Below the pieces are notes generated by a model. It had not been told where the DNA came from. It was given only the letters and a program-made list of their open reading frames with translations, and ran no database searches. A stretch of DNA of 64,000 nucleotides from Nemertoderma westbladi. Lineage: Eukaryota > Animalia > Xenacoelomorpha. Shown in pieces: positions 51,190 through 64,000 of the stretch (positions are counted from its first letter, which is position 1; every line of letters begins with the position of its first letter). The stretch is taken from positions 1 to 64,000 of the forward strand of contig JAUCBJ010008915.1 of assembly GCA_032718475.1 (NCBI GenBank). Direction: 5' to 3'. Made by a program: the position numbers and the translations under genes.

Positions 51190-53380
51190 TTGCGTCTGCA
51201 ACCTGTGTCCACAACTTGTGTCCACAACTTATGTCTGCACCTTGTATACACAACTTGTATCTGCAACTTGTGTCCACAACTTGTGTCTGCAACTTGTATC
51301 CACAACTTGTGTCTGCAACTTGTGTCCACAACTTGTGTCTGCAACTTGTATCCACAACTTGTGTCCACAACTTATGTCTGCACCTTGTATACACAACTTG
51401 TATCTGCAACTTGTGTCCACAACTTGTGTCTGCAACTTGTATCCACAACTTGTGTCTGCAACGTGTGTCCACAACTTGTGTCTGCAACTTGTGTCCCCAA
51501 CTTGTCTCTGCAACTTGTGTCCACCACTTGTGTCTACAACTAGTATCCACAACTTGTGTCTGCAACCTGTGTCCACAACTTGTGTCCACAACTTGTGTCT
51601 GCAACTTGTATCCACAACTTGTGTCTGCAACCTGAGTCCACAACTTGTGTCCACAACTTGTGTCTACAACTAGTATCCACAACTTGTGTCTGCAACCTGA
51701 GTCCACAACTTGTGTCCACAACTTGTGTCCACAACTTGTGTCCACAACTTGTGTCTACAACTAGTATCCACAACTTGTGTCTGCAACTTGTATCCACAAC
51801 TTGTGTCTGCAACTTGTATCCACAACTTGTGTCCACAACTTGTGTCTGCAACTTGTGTCCCCAACTTGTGTCTGCAAACTGTGTCCACAATTACAACTTA
51901 TTTCTGCAACTTGTGTCCACAACTTGTGTCAGCAACCTGTGTACACAATTACAACTTGTGTCTGCAACCTGTGTCCACAACTTGTGTCTGCAACCTGTGT
52001 CCACAACTACAATTTGTGTCTGAAACTTGTGCCTACAACCTGTGTCCACAACTTGTGTCCATAACTTCTGTCCACAATTTGTGTCTGAAACTTGTGCCTG
52101 CAACCTGTGTCCACAACTTGTATCCACAACTTGTGTCTGCAACCTGTGTCCACAACTACAATTTGTGTCTGCAACTTGTGCCTGCAACCTGTGTCCACAA
52201 CTTGTGTCCACAAATTATGTCCACAGCTTGTGTCAACAACTTGTGTCTGCAACCTGTGCCTGCAACCTGTGTCCACAACTACAATTTGTGTCTGCAACTT
52301 GTGCCTACAACCTGTGTCCACAACTTGTGTCCATAACTTCTGTCCACAATTTGTGTCTGAAACTTGTGCCTGCAACCTGTGTCCACAACTTGTATCCACA
52401 ACTTGTGTCTGCAACCTGTGTCCACAACTACAATTTGTGTCTGCAACTTGTGCCTGCAACCTGTGTCCACAACTTGTGTCCACAAATTATGTCCACAGCT
52501 TGTGTCAACAACTTGTGTCTGCAACCTGTGCCTGCAACCTGTGTCCACAACTACAATTTGTGTCTGCAACTTGTGCCTGCAACCTGTGTCCACAACTTGT
52601 GTCCACAAATTATGTCCACAACTTGTGTCAACAACTTGTGTCTGCAACCTGTGCCTGCAACCTGTGTCCACAACTACAACTTGTGTCTTCAACTTGTGCC
52701 TGCAACCTGTGTCTACAACTACAACTTGTGTCTGCAACTTGTGTCCACAACTTGTGTCTGCAACCTGTGTCCACAACTACAACTTGTGTCTGCAGCCTGT
52801 GTCAACAACTTGTGTCCACAACTTGTGTCTGCAACTTGTGTCCACAACTTGTATCTGCAACCTGTGTCCACAACTACAATTTGTGTCTTTAACTTGTGCC
52901 TCCAACCTCTGTCCACAACTCGTGTCTGCAACTTGTGCCTGCAACCTGTGTCCACAACTACAACTTGTGTCTGCAACCTGTGTCCACAACTTCTGTCTGC
53001 AACCTGTGTCCACAACTACAATTGGTGCAAGTTGTGGATACAAGTTGTGGACACAGGGTGTCCACAACTTGTGCCCACAACTTCTGTCGACAACTTGTGT
53101 CTGCAACTTGTGCCTGTTACCTATGTCCACAACTTATGTCGACAACTTGTGTCTGCAACTTGTGCCTGTTACCTATGTCCACAACTACAACTTGTGTCTG
53201 CAACCTATGTCCACAACTACAACTTGTGTCTGCAACTTGTGCCTCAACCTGTGTCCAAAACTACAACTTGTGCCTGCAACCTCTGTCCACAACTTGTGTC
53301 CGCAACTTGCGTCTGCAACCTGTGTCCACAACTATAATTTGTGTCTGCAACTTGTGCCTGCAACCTGTGTCCACAACTTT
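51190..53380. repeat. 13-bp-based satellite (ACAACTTGTGTCC / GCAACTTGTGTCT) with higher-order units
   Basis: Continuous array with 143-bp and 272-bp higher-order periods and a short inverted patch at about 53026-53058. Confidence 0.97.
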
Positions 53381-54058
53381 TTAATGGCTGTAGCAACTTT
53401 TCAAAAATGTTGCAGCATGAGCTGTCGGACTTCCAAATACACAGAAACTTTCATCAAACTTTTGTTGCGAAATGTTGCTGAGATAGTCCAGCAACTTATC
53501 GCTGACCCCCTCACACTAGGCACTTTTTGTACCTCACACAGGAACAAGTTGCATCAACAAAAACTTAATCCGTGTGAGGGGGGGGGGGGGGGGGGGGTGC
53601 TAAGTTATTCTTCGAAATATTTGGTATTGTTCTTGACCTATGGTACTTTTGTAGGCCTACATTGTACATTACTCTGGATTGTATTAGTTTCCATAGTACT
53701 ACAGTACCGACACGTGTAGCACTAGTGAACTAAGGCTATCACATAGTAGGTATTTCAAGACAGGCCCGTGGTATGGTCTCCTCTTTGGAAATTAGTCATT
53801 GACTAAAAAACCCGATTGATGCAAAAAAAATTGAGCACCATACTGATTGTGGTGCTTAAAATTAATTCAGACACGATTCCATTTCAATATACATGTAAGA
53901 TATACAAAATGTTCTAAAGTGTTCTTGATGTTAGCTAGTGTTTTTTTCAAGGGTAGCTATAGTGTTTTTGAAAAAAATTACAGATTAAAAAAATAAACTT
54001 TAATGTGTGTTTTGTTATTGATTAATGTTAAGCAACATTGGTAGATATTCATTTTTAT

Positions 54059-54519
54059 GGAACAGTTCCGTATGCAGTCGCATTTTCTAAAAAAAATTTA
54101 TGGAATATATTGGCATAGGCCTATATTATGACTAATTTAGAATTAAATTACCATCATTGACTTCTTCACAACATTTAAAAAAAATATTGCGCTCTAGAAC
54201 ACAATATTAGCTAATTTCAGAACATTAGCTACCGCTAATAAAAAATCAAGGTACTGTATTTTTTTTATTTTTTTTTTATTTTTGTTAACAGTTCCATATA
54301 GCACAACATTTGTATAACATAAATCATTGTAACCATGGCAACAGAGTAGAGTTCTAGAACAAAATATAATTATTAAAACACTATTCTAGAATATAAATAA
54401 AATAAAAAATATAATGTTCTAGAACGCAAAAAAATGTGGTGATATTACTATGCAAAAAGTACATAATTTCATTAATGAATATGAAAATTTCAATTGCGAC
54501 TGCATACGGAACTCTAGCC
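54059..54519. mobile_element. Mutator-like MITE
   Basis: TIRs GGAACAGTTCCGTATGCAGTCGCA/TGCGACTGCATACGGAACTCTAGCC and 9-bp TSD CATTTTTAT. Confidence 0.85.
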
Positions 54520-55539
54520 CATTTTTATGTTAGTTAGTTGTTAAAGATACTTCTTTTCACGAACTGTCAGAATTAACAAGAAAGAAACATCCTGTTTATC
54601 CAATATGAAATGTAATTAATTACTCCATTACTCCAATTACTACTGTTGTTTGGCTTTGCATTATCAATTTTATTCTAGAATTATATATTTTTGTTGCTAT
54701 GGTTACTTACATAAATAAATTAAATTTCAATTTATTTAAATTTCAATTTAATTTCTTATTCTAATGCTTATTTATTTCATATTTCTTATTCTTATTGACA
54801 AATATATTGGATTAAATTACATTTTTAATTTTTTTACAAGCTAATAAAAAGTACTAGCTAAAACAAAATCGAAATTACTGGCTACCATATTACTGTCAGA
54901 TGGACAAAAATATTTGTTCTAGAACGAAAAACCCCAAGATATAAACCGATAATCACTAATAATTTTAATCATTTTTTTTTTAATTTAGGCATAGATACTA
55001 TACTAATGACCTCAATTACTCCACAGAAAAATATTAAATAACTATCTTTTAATAACTAGCTATGTAAATCACTAGCTATACCATAAAAGATAAACCGGTA
55101 GCCATGTTTCAAAACAATAATTCTATCAAAATACAAATTTATTGTTTTTGAAAAACACTAGCTACTGTAGTAGCTATTATAAAAAAAACTAGCTACCGGT
55201 ACAATATAAAAATTATTAGATTCACAAAATTGTATGCCTTAATAACATACATTGTATCGAAAAAGTAACAATTTTAACATTTTAACAATAGGTAACAACT
55301 TAAGCCATAGCATAAGACGTTGTGTATATTTTATGTGAGTTTTTACTTGTAATTTTAAATCGATGATTTTATTGTTCAATCGCTGCTATGACTGTGATGT
55401 CTCCGCGATATCCTAATAATATAATATAATATAATATAATATATATAATCTAAGAATCAAGAGTAATCTATTGACTTTTTGGGCTTCACTCACTCGACAA
55501 ACTTACAGCAGCTTCATGTTTATACAAAATTTAGCTAAA

Positions 55540-58121
55540 CAAGTAGGTCTACAAGTAGGTAGCAGCAGCGTGAGGCTGACAGCAAGTCCCTAAACGATGC
55601 GCTAGATAGGAGCCTACCATATCGTTCAATATTACGACTAGGCAAACCCCGAGAGGATGGATCTCCACGCCCAACCCTTGTGACGTTCTCTTCACCAGAA
55701 GAGGCTACAAATGTTCTTGAGCTAAGATCGTTCATGTACCGAAATATGACTCTTTATTTCGACCGTGACCTTTCGGCTTTTGAACGTGAAATGGCTTTCA
55801 AAGCCCGCCAAAGACGACGTGAGTCAGGATCGAGGCATAACAGAAACTCCACCCTTAACAGAGCCGTTACAACTGAGAAAGTCAGTAATATGGTGACGGA
55901 TCATGATGAGGCTACAGCGATGGATTGACTAGTGGTCCCACATTTTGAGCCCATCTATTACCCAACTGAACTGTCTGAGCCCACCTGTACGTATACACTG
56001 CCAAACCCCATCGACCCTGATGGAAATGAACTGTATAACATGCCATTGGCCCCCTCCAACCCAGACAGCAATCGGACAGAACTCATTGACCGGGACATCA
56101 ATCCATTGGTCCATGCCAACCTCGACAGTTATCTGCCAATCCCCCCCGCCACTCCAATTGTTTTGTCTGACCCTCAAATCAATGGCACTGTGATACGCAC
56201 TGAGTGGATGTCGCTTCCATTTATTATAAACAACAATGTAAATGGGTATGAAGGAAAGCATAAAATACTGCGGGAATGGGTGGAAATATATGATAATGTT
56301 GCTGTAGTTACGATTCAAGAGTCAAAACTAAAAGCTGATGTCTCTGATGGGAGCATTACAATTGATGATTTTTATCTTTTTCGGCTTGATAGAGACATTG
56401 CTAACTTCAAGGAAAATGGGGGTGGAGGTCTAATCACTTATGTAAGCAAAATGTGGTGTAATACAAAACCTAGCATAATTGCTGCTGTCTCCAAGCCTGA
56501 TTGTGAAGCCTTAGCTCTGGTCTGTCGTCCAAGATACCTTCCATCGAAATACAACTCCATTGTTATTGTCAATATCGAATATCTACATACGACCAAATGC
56601 AAAAAGACCAATAGCAAGAAAGGAGCTACGTAAAGTGATGAACACCATCATGGTATCCAAACCAAAAGGATACTTGATTATTATCGGTGATGTAAACCAA
56701 CCAAAAGTGAATTACTTAGACTCTCTTAATCTAGTGAATATGGTCAATGAGTTTACATTTATTCGTTCAGAATCACAATTAGATGTGGCCTATGTCACTG
56801 ATGCCTACCCATATCATTGCTCCACATCAGCTCCTATTGGTAGAGTGGATGATCATAAGTCTATCTTTCTTCAACCAAAAATTGACTGCAGCAATGCATA
56901 TAAACCTAAACCTAGCTACAAAAAGGCTCGTGTTTTCAGCGAGGAAAAAATTGCTGAAGTAAAACAAATTTTTGATGAAACAAATTGGAATGTTTTCCAA
57001 GACACCACTAGTCTAGATAAAAGTGTGGAAGCTACAGAGAGCTATATAAAGTATATCTTTGATCAACACTTACCTCTAACTAAGATGAAAGTACATAACT
57101 TTCACATACGTCAACCTATTCCTGGTGTTAAAGGTATTCTAGCTGAGAAAAAGAAAGCTATTAGCATGTAAGGATAATGTTAAGAGAAATGAGTGCCAGA
57201 GAAAAATCAACAAACTGATCTTTGATAAACGGCAAATGGAATTCACCAATATGCCAAAAACTCAACTGTACAAACTATCTGATACCTGTATAAGGAAAAA
57301 ACACCAAGTTCATAAATTTGATGAAAATGAAGTCGAGAGTCTTAATAATTTCTTCACTAGATTTAACGAGGATGTGAATAAGGATGAGCCTATATATAAT
57401 GGTACCACCTATGATAATGATATTCATGTTGATCCGATTGTGGTTGAGAAATTAATACGTAAATTGAAACCGAATACAGCCCAAGGTAGTAGCATTGTTT
57501 CTGCAATTTGCTATAAAACCTTTGCAAAAGAACTTTCTATACCTTATGCTTCACTATTCAGAGATAGTTTCCATCAACAAAAATACCCGCAATGTTGGAA
57601 TACGTCTTTGACATCTGCCTTACCTAAAAGATGTGATTCATCATTTTCGGATAAAACCAGCTTCAGACCAGTATGTGTTACTCCTTTGAGTTCTAGGTGT
57701 TTAGACAGATTGGCTCTAGATATATTTCGTAATGCAAGTAAATCCACTGACGATATTTTTCAATTTGCATACAAAAAAGGTTATTCTACAGCTGATGCGA
57801 TCTTATACCTCCTTCATCAGATTACAAAAGCGTTAGATGAAAGACACACAATTGTAAAATGTTTATTCATAGACTACTCATCTGCTTTTAACACAGTGTT
57901 ACAAAACAAGTTTTTAAACAGACTTTTAGACGAATTACCAATAGAGATGCGTTGGTTGGCCAGCTGGCTTCACTCATACATGAGTGGTTTCTCTCAATCG
58001 GTTAAATCTGGAAAAAACATATCTTCCTCTATTTCACTGAAAGTTGGTTTTCCCCAAGGGGGTCCTCTTAGTGGACCTTTGTTTACCAAAGACACTGATG
58101 AAATTCGAGCTGACGATGGAT
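55540..58121 (+). mobile_element. Rex/Babar-like LINE: ORF1 end and ORF2 (AP endonuclease plus RT N-half), frameshifted, broken before the catalytic DD
   Basis: TIQESKL, GGGGLITYV..WC, CRPRYLP, IIGDVN, QFAYKKGYSTADAI, LFIDYSSAFNTV and GFPQGGPLSG motifs. Confidence 0.88.
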
Positions 58122-58961
58122 GGATGGTGACCGGAGCGCCAGTACTATCTTTCATTATTATGAAGTAATAAGGGCGGTGGGTGGGGTAGGTGGTGAACAC
58201 TATTTATAGGGTGGAGGGAGGGTCTAGTATATTACTTTAGGATATTTGATTTCTTTGCAATATAGTTTAGCTGCCTCAGTCTTATTTGTAATATGTTATA
58301 CATTATACCAAATTATATCAAGTTTTAACATACTACATTGTCTACCTGTAGGTGAAATATACAATGTAGGGCTCATAATATATTTATAAATAGATTTAGT
58401 ATATTTACATTGTATAACAGAGTTAATTGATACTATTACGGTATTATACTAAAGACGCCGCTTTGATATATCTGATCAAATGTGCAATTTCTTGTATATT
58501 ATCTATTTCATTATCTTGGGTATATCATTCAATTTCTAAAACTATAATAATAAACATTTACTTTACTTCTTGTTTACTCGCATGGATATATTGATATAAA
58601 ACACTTCAGTATAATATCTTATAGGGCCAAACGCAGATTAATGGGAATAATATGTTTAATTATTATTACAATTGGCACATTGAAGTAAGTAGTACATGAG
58701 TTTGATAAAATAATTATGAATCCGTATCTTATTCTACTTTGTCTATATGGTTATGTTATATAATAATGTTACTTTATCACTTTGGTTTAAACCGATCTCC
58801 TTTACTATTACTTACTACTTATACTACTACTACTACTACTATTACTACCACTGCTACTGACTACTACAGAGTTATATATTATAAGAGGATGGGGTTCGTG
58901 ATTATTAGTTATTATACAAGTGCCCCTCGGCTATAGAGAGTCCACCCTCGGTTGCTTACTG

Positions 58962-60255
58962 GGTGTTTAGACAGATTGGCTCTAGATATATTTCGTAATG
59001 CAAGTAAATCCACTGATGATATTTTTCAATTTGCATACAAAAAAGGTTATTCTACAGCTGATGCGATCTTATACCTCCTTCATCAGATTACAAAAGCGTT
59101 AGATGAAAGACACACAATTGTAAAATGTTTATTCATAGACTACTCATCTGCTTTTAACACAGTGTTACAAAACAAGTTTTTAAACAGACTTTTAGACGAA
59201 TTACCAATAGAGATGCGTTGGTTGGCCAGCTGGCTTCACTCATACATGAGTGGTTTCTCTCAATCGGTTAAATCTGGAAAAAACATATCTTCCTCTATTT
59301 CACTGAAAGTTGGTTTTCCCCAAGGGGGTCCTCTTAGTGGACCTTTGTTTACCAAAGACACTGATGAAATTCGAGCTGACGATGGATCCCTAGCAAAATA
59401 TTCTGATGACTCAAGAAATCTACAGGCGATAAGGCATTCCGCAGAAAATGACAAATATAAGTCTAACATACAGCGAATTGTTGGGCTATCACATGGAAAA
59501 AACTTAAAGATAAACGCAAAGAAATCTGAAGAACTATGTTTCATTCCAATGAACTTTAAAGAACAGAAAGTTCTAGATATCGCAGAAGAAATAATCTACA
59601 TAGATGGTGACGTGGTTCCGCGTCCGTCCGAAGTGAAACATCTTGGAATATGGATTGCAAATAATCTATCATGGAAAACTCATATATTTAAACTTATAAA
59701 AAGGGTAAATTACATAGTTCGCCAATTCAGTTTTTTCATCCGGTTTGCAAATAAAGATACAAAAATATTTCTCTTTGAAACTTACATTGTACCACAATAT
59801 ATGTACTGTGCGGTTGCGTGGGTCCCCCTCATTCCAAAGAATCTCAAAAAGAAGTTAAAGAGGCCACTGTCGCTGTTTGCCAAACACTCAAAAATTGAAA
59901 AACAAGTTTACATGAACATTATAAATGATGCGTTTTCCAAACAGTTCACCAACATGGTAAAGAAGATTGTGGACACGCCGAGTCATCCTCTACACGCTTT
60001 CATTACGGGTTGCCAATCAAACTCCACCGTGACTCGCAATAATTACAGAATGCCTGATACACGGACCAAGATGTTTCATAACTCTTTCGCTCCAAGTGCT
60101 ATTAGATATCTAATAAACAATGAGATACCGATTTTCATGCAATGATATTTTATTTATTTTTATGTAATCTGTGTTTGTGATTAACGGTAATTTTCCTATT
60201 TACATTCCTCCATATGTACAGGAAATAAAACGAATTATTCATTCATTCATTCATT
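58962..60255 (+). mobile_element. 3' part of the same Rex/Babar-like LINE (RT with KYSDD, C-terminus, tail)
   Basis: Open frame to 60145, KHLGIWI and PSHPLH motifs, AATAAA near 60223, (ATTC)n tail. First 426 bp duplicate 57696-58121. Confidence 0.9.
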
Positions 60256-60580
60256 CTACCTAAAACCCCGTCGCCGGTCCCAAAGCTAGTCTAAAAACTT
60301 CGACTTCAAATGAAAACTTTCGACGGTACGGCGGAAACTATTTTTTAAAATATTTGAAAGGACAATTAATTAATATCCCGGTTAATAAATACAGTTTCCA
60401 TAGTAACAGAATAGATTAATGAATAGTTTTTATCGACAGATATAATTTATCTTGTATTCTGTAAAGTAACATCAACACAACAGTAGCATTTATAAACGAA
60501 AAATAGGGAATATAAACTAAAATATACGTGACTAATTATAATATATTTAACTTCCTGATTCTTAATTACATATTATTATT

Positions 60581-62797
60581 ATGTCAGAATCACCGGGACC
60601 CTTTGATGTGGACAATATTATCGCCTCGTTGTTGGAAATTCGCGGACACAAATCTATTTCCTTCGCGAGTCTAAGTGAATTCGAGGTACAAAGTATGTGC
60701 ATCAAATCCCGAGATATTTTCCTCAAAGAATCCGCGTTATTGCACGTCGAGGCGCCGATAAAGATATTAGGCGACATTCACGGCCAATATACCGACCTAC
60801 TGCGGTACTTCGATAACGGGGGACACCCACCAGCCTCCAAGTACCTGTTACTTGGTGATTACGTTGACAGGGGTAAACAAAGTATAGAAACTATCTGTCT
60901 CTTATTGGCTTATAAGATTAAATACCCTAGACATATTTTCATGTTGAGAGGGAACCATGAGGCTGCAGCTATAAATAGAATGTACGGTTTCCACGATGAA
61001 TGTAAAAGAAGATACCATATAAGGATTTGGAGATCGTTCATCGATTGTTTCAACTGTCTGCCGATTGCTGCTGTTGTGTCAAACAAGATATTTTGTTGTC
61101 ACGGCGGGATTAGTCCAGAACTCCGTAAGTTGGAGCAGATATCGAGGATCGCTAGACCTACAGACGTGCCTGACTACGGGTTGCTATGCGATCTGTTGTG
61201 GTCCGACCCCTGCGAGGAGCTGAGCGGCTGGGGTGAGAACGAACGCGGGGTTTCATTCACGTTCGGCGCCGACGCGGTCACCAACTTCCTCGAGAGACAC
61301 GACATCGAGCTCATCTGCCGGGCCCACCAGGTCATGGAGGATGGATACGAGTTCTTCGCGGATAAGCAACTCGTTACGATATTCTCGGCACCGAACTACT
61401 GCGGGGAGTTCGACAACGCGGGAGCAATGATGAGAGTTAGCGAGGACCTCACCTGCAGGCATGTGTCTTTATTTTGGCATCAGGCGAAAATAGGCGAAAT
61501 AAAACCCACAACCTGTGATACCTGGATACCACTCAAAAATTAAACAACCAATTTAGTTAATATTATAGATGGCCAAATAATAGAAAAAATAGTATGGTGT
61601 AGCTAAAATAGCTAGCTACAGTAGACCTACTGTACTACTGGTAGATTACTTGAGTAGGTTACGTACTGTGCAGTATGCTGACACCGGCTTATGTTGCGTT
61701 CTTTAAAGTAGCCTATGAATTAAACTAACCTTAACAGGAAAATATATGTATGAAACAATATTATAGGTAATTACAGCCTAATTGCCTACAGTATACAACC
61801 GGAAGGTAATAACTATTTACATACTTACTATTTACTTACTGGAGGTAATACTTTACAGTGTGATGATCCGAGTGGCTTTTGTTACACGAACGAATATTAG
61901 TGAGTGAGTGAAAATAAAGCCACGAGGATCAGAACACTCTAAAGTTCTTTGCAACATGAATGTATGTAGTTTTATTCCAAAATTTTAACATTACGAAATT
62001 ATTCTACATATACATTATAAGTGATAGAAACTGCACAAATTATATTAGTTGCTGTATAAATATTTGTAAAAATGACATAAATTATGTTATAAATAAGTTA
62101 GCTTATATTTATGGTGGCGTGTGGAGCCATGGTATAATAATATAGCTAGGCCCAACTGGTTATTAATAGCTATTCCCCGCCTACCGGTAGGTAGGCAGTA
62201 GGCCTATCTGGCTGTCAGGCAAATTTCCACCTATTGTTTACGTGGTAACCAATGACGGCGTTAAGTAATGTCCACTAAGGGGACATTACTTAACGGATAA
62301 CACCAAATACAATACTAAATGTACAGGCCAATACAATACTGTAATGTCCTCAAAAGTTGTAAAGTGATAAATAACAACTCGCTGTCAATACTATCGGCGT
62401 TGAGTAATGTTACAATTTTGGAATAAAATACATAATAGGTGGTCCTTTTTATATTTTTAACCATGGCAACTTTTACACAGGGAAACAAGTATTTTTTAGA
62501 CAATAATGTAAAAATGGCTTTAAGGATATAGAACTCCACATTTCCGCCTGTAAACGTCTGATGTCACGATAAATAAATAATCCTTGCAGTTTCTACATAT
62601 TGAAACCCAAAGCCGGGACTAGCCAACACAGCTTCTCTAGCCACAACAGTTTCCCTCACCATAACCCCCTGCTGAACATGGGAAACTCGCTGAGCGACCC
62701 CAACTCATTCCAACATACTGGTGGGAAATTCCAAGGCGCCATTCATCACAATTTGAATAGCTTAAACAACAGAGTGGGTTCTCCGCCTCCAATGTAA
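60581..62797 (+). CDS. Serine/threonine protein phosphatase PP1 catalytic subunit-like; exons 60581-61458 and 62590-62797 (361 aa), GC-AG intron
   Basis: GDIHGQY, GDYVDRG, RGNHE and [13 protein letters not shown] motifs. Splicing AG|GCATGT...TTGCAG|T gives [10 protein letters not shown], matching PP1 LMCSFQILKP. Confidence 0.9.
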
Positions 62798-63028
62798 CTC
62801 ATTTAAATAAACCAAACCAAATGTAAATGCTACTGAAAATAAACTAAATTAAAATCTATAATTTATTTATGAATTTCAAAGAAACTGCCACAAGTTGGAT
62901 AGAACATCGACACACGACACACAATCACAGATAATAATGTAGATGTAATGTGAATGTATCTGAGTTGATCAAAGAAATTTCCGCATATCGAAATTTTATT
63001 GATCAAAAAGTAAAATATACTAAAGTAA

Positions 63029-63420
63029 AGGCCTGTTTACACGTGGCAACTTTTAGAGCAACTTTCTCGGCAACTACAGTATAGCAACTTTTAGTGGAGC
63101 AACTTAATTTAATGGTTGTCTACACGTGGCAACTTTACCAGCAACTTTACAAGCAACTTGACCGGCAACTTTTAGAGCAACTTGGCTCGTTTGACTGTAA
63201 AATAGTGGGTCATTTTATATAGTAGTTAGTTTTTGATAATTTAATTTGATTATCCCGCTTTAATTCGCCAACGCAAATTTCTTCAAGTTGCCGTAAAAGT
63301 TGAGCAACTTTTACAGCAACTTTTTTACGTGTTTACACGGAGCAACTTGATCGGCAACCTGGGTTGCTCTACAAGTTGCCGAGAAAGTTGCTCTAAAAGT
63401 TGCCACGTGTAAACAGGCCT
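63029..63420. mobile_element. PIF/Harbinger-like MITE with GCAACTT internal repeats
   Basis: About 47-bp perfect TIR AGGCCTGTTTACACGTGGCAACTTTTAGAGCAACTTTCTCGGCAACT with TAA/TTA flanks. Confidence 0.88.
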
Positions 63421-63425
63421 TTAGG

Positions 63426-63650
63426 CTTTTTTCGACCGACAGGCCAGGGATTACATTACGCACAAAGGGATTACATTACGCTTATTTATTTTCAGTGCAG
63501 TCCCCCCAGAACTATTATATCACCAGAGGGAATTCCAGAGATCCCCTCACCGTAAACGAAAACTGCACTGGCCCATGCGGGGATCGAACCCACGACCTCC
63601 GCACTCCGGTGAGATGCGGACCCATTGCAGCCACCACACCAAAGTGGAAC
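63426..63650 (-). mobile_element. tRNA-derived SINE copy with internal deletion
   Basis: Reverse complement has GGTCGTGGGTTCGATCCCCGCATGGGCCAG.GCAGTTTTCGTTT and GTTCTGGGGGGAC.GCACTG as in 2762-3040. Confidence 0.8.
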
Positions 63651-64000
63651 TTAATTTTTGGATCTATTGATGTATTGTATTATCGAATTAATAAAGAAAC
63701 TAGTCGGCAAGAAATACAGTAACTGTCAGTGTCAGATACTAATAACGGTTCTCATGGGCCGCATTTACAATTAATTTATTTACTATACACATCTACACCA
63801 TGACCTGGAATATAGTGTCCTAATTCTTTGACACCCCCCCTCCGAAATTTTTCTACAAATCGTAATAAGATTGCGTGAAATTTGAATCAGAAATAGTTTC
63901 ACCTCCCGACCACTGACTGGTTGAGCCAGATTTTGTTTTGCTTTCAATCTTTAGCTACAAGCGTTTAAAAAAAGTGTCTCCAGCGATATTACACCAGTTA

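Noticed and set aside
51126-53719. Many overlapping Cys/Thr/Val-rich ORFs up to 451 aa
   Set aside because: Translation artefacts of the 13-bp satellite: open in several frames on both strands with identical periodic peptides.

Overview
AT-rich animal (invertebrate-like) nuclear DNA. It holds eight intron-poor protein genes: an astacin-LDLa protease, an F-box/LRR protein, gamma-tubulin, PSMD1/Rpn2, ARL2BP, a PP1 catalytic paralogue with a GC-AG intron, and two unrecognised coiled-coil genes. These lie among many transposons (RTE and Rex/Babar-like LINEs, a tRNA-derived SINE, a pogo remnant, Mutator-, hAT-, Harbinger- and Kolobok-like MITEs) and a 2.2-kb 13-bp satellite. The most unusual object is a non-autonomous BEL/Pao LTR retrotransposon (16738-25486; 1249-bp LTRs; GCGGT target duplication), with the 3' end of a diverged relative at 1-2694. 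It has no TGG-type tRNA primer-binding site. The 12 nt directly after its 5' LTR are instead perfectly complementary to a segment inside its own LTR, in the geometry of Tf1-type self-priming. The LTR end also carries a stem with compensatory changes between the two subfamilies and a possible long-range pairing. The element further contains a duplicated structured leader, an in-frame mini-pol and an unrecognised 3' accessory coding region. All calls were made by eye without database searches.
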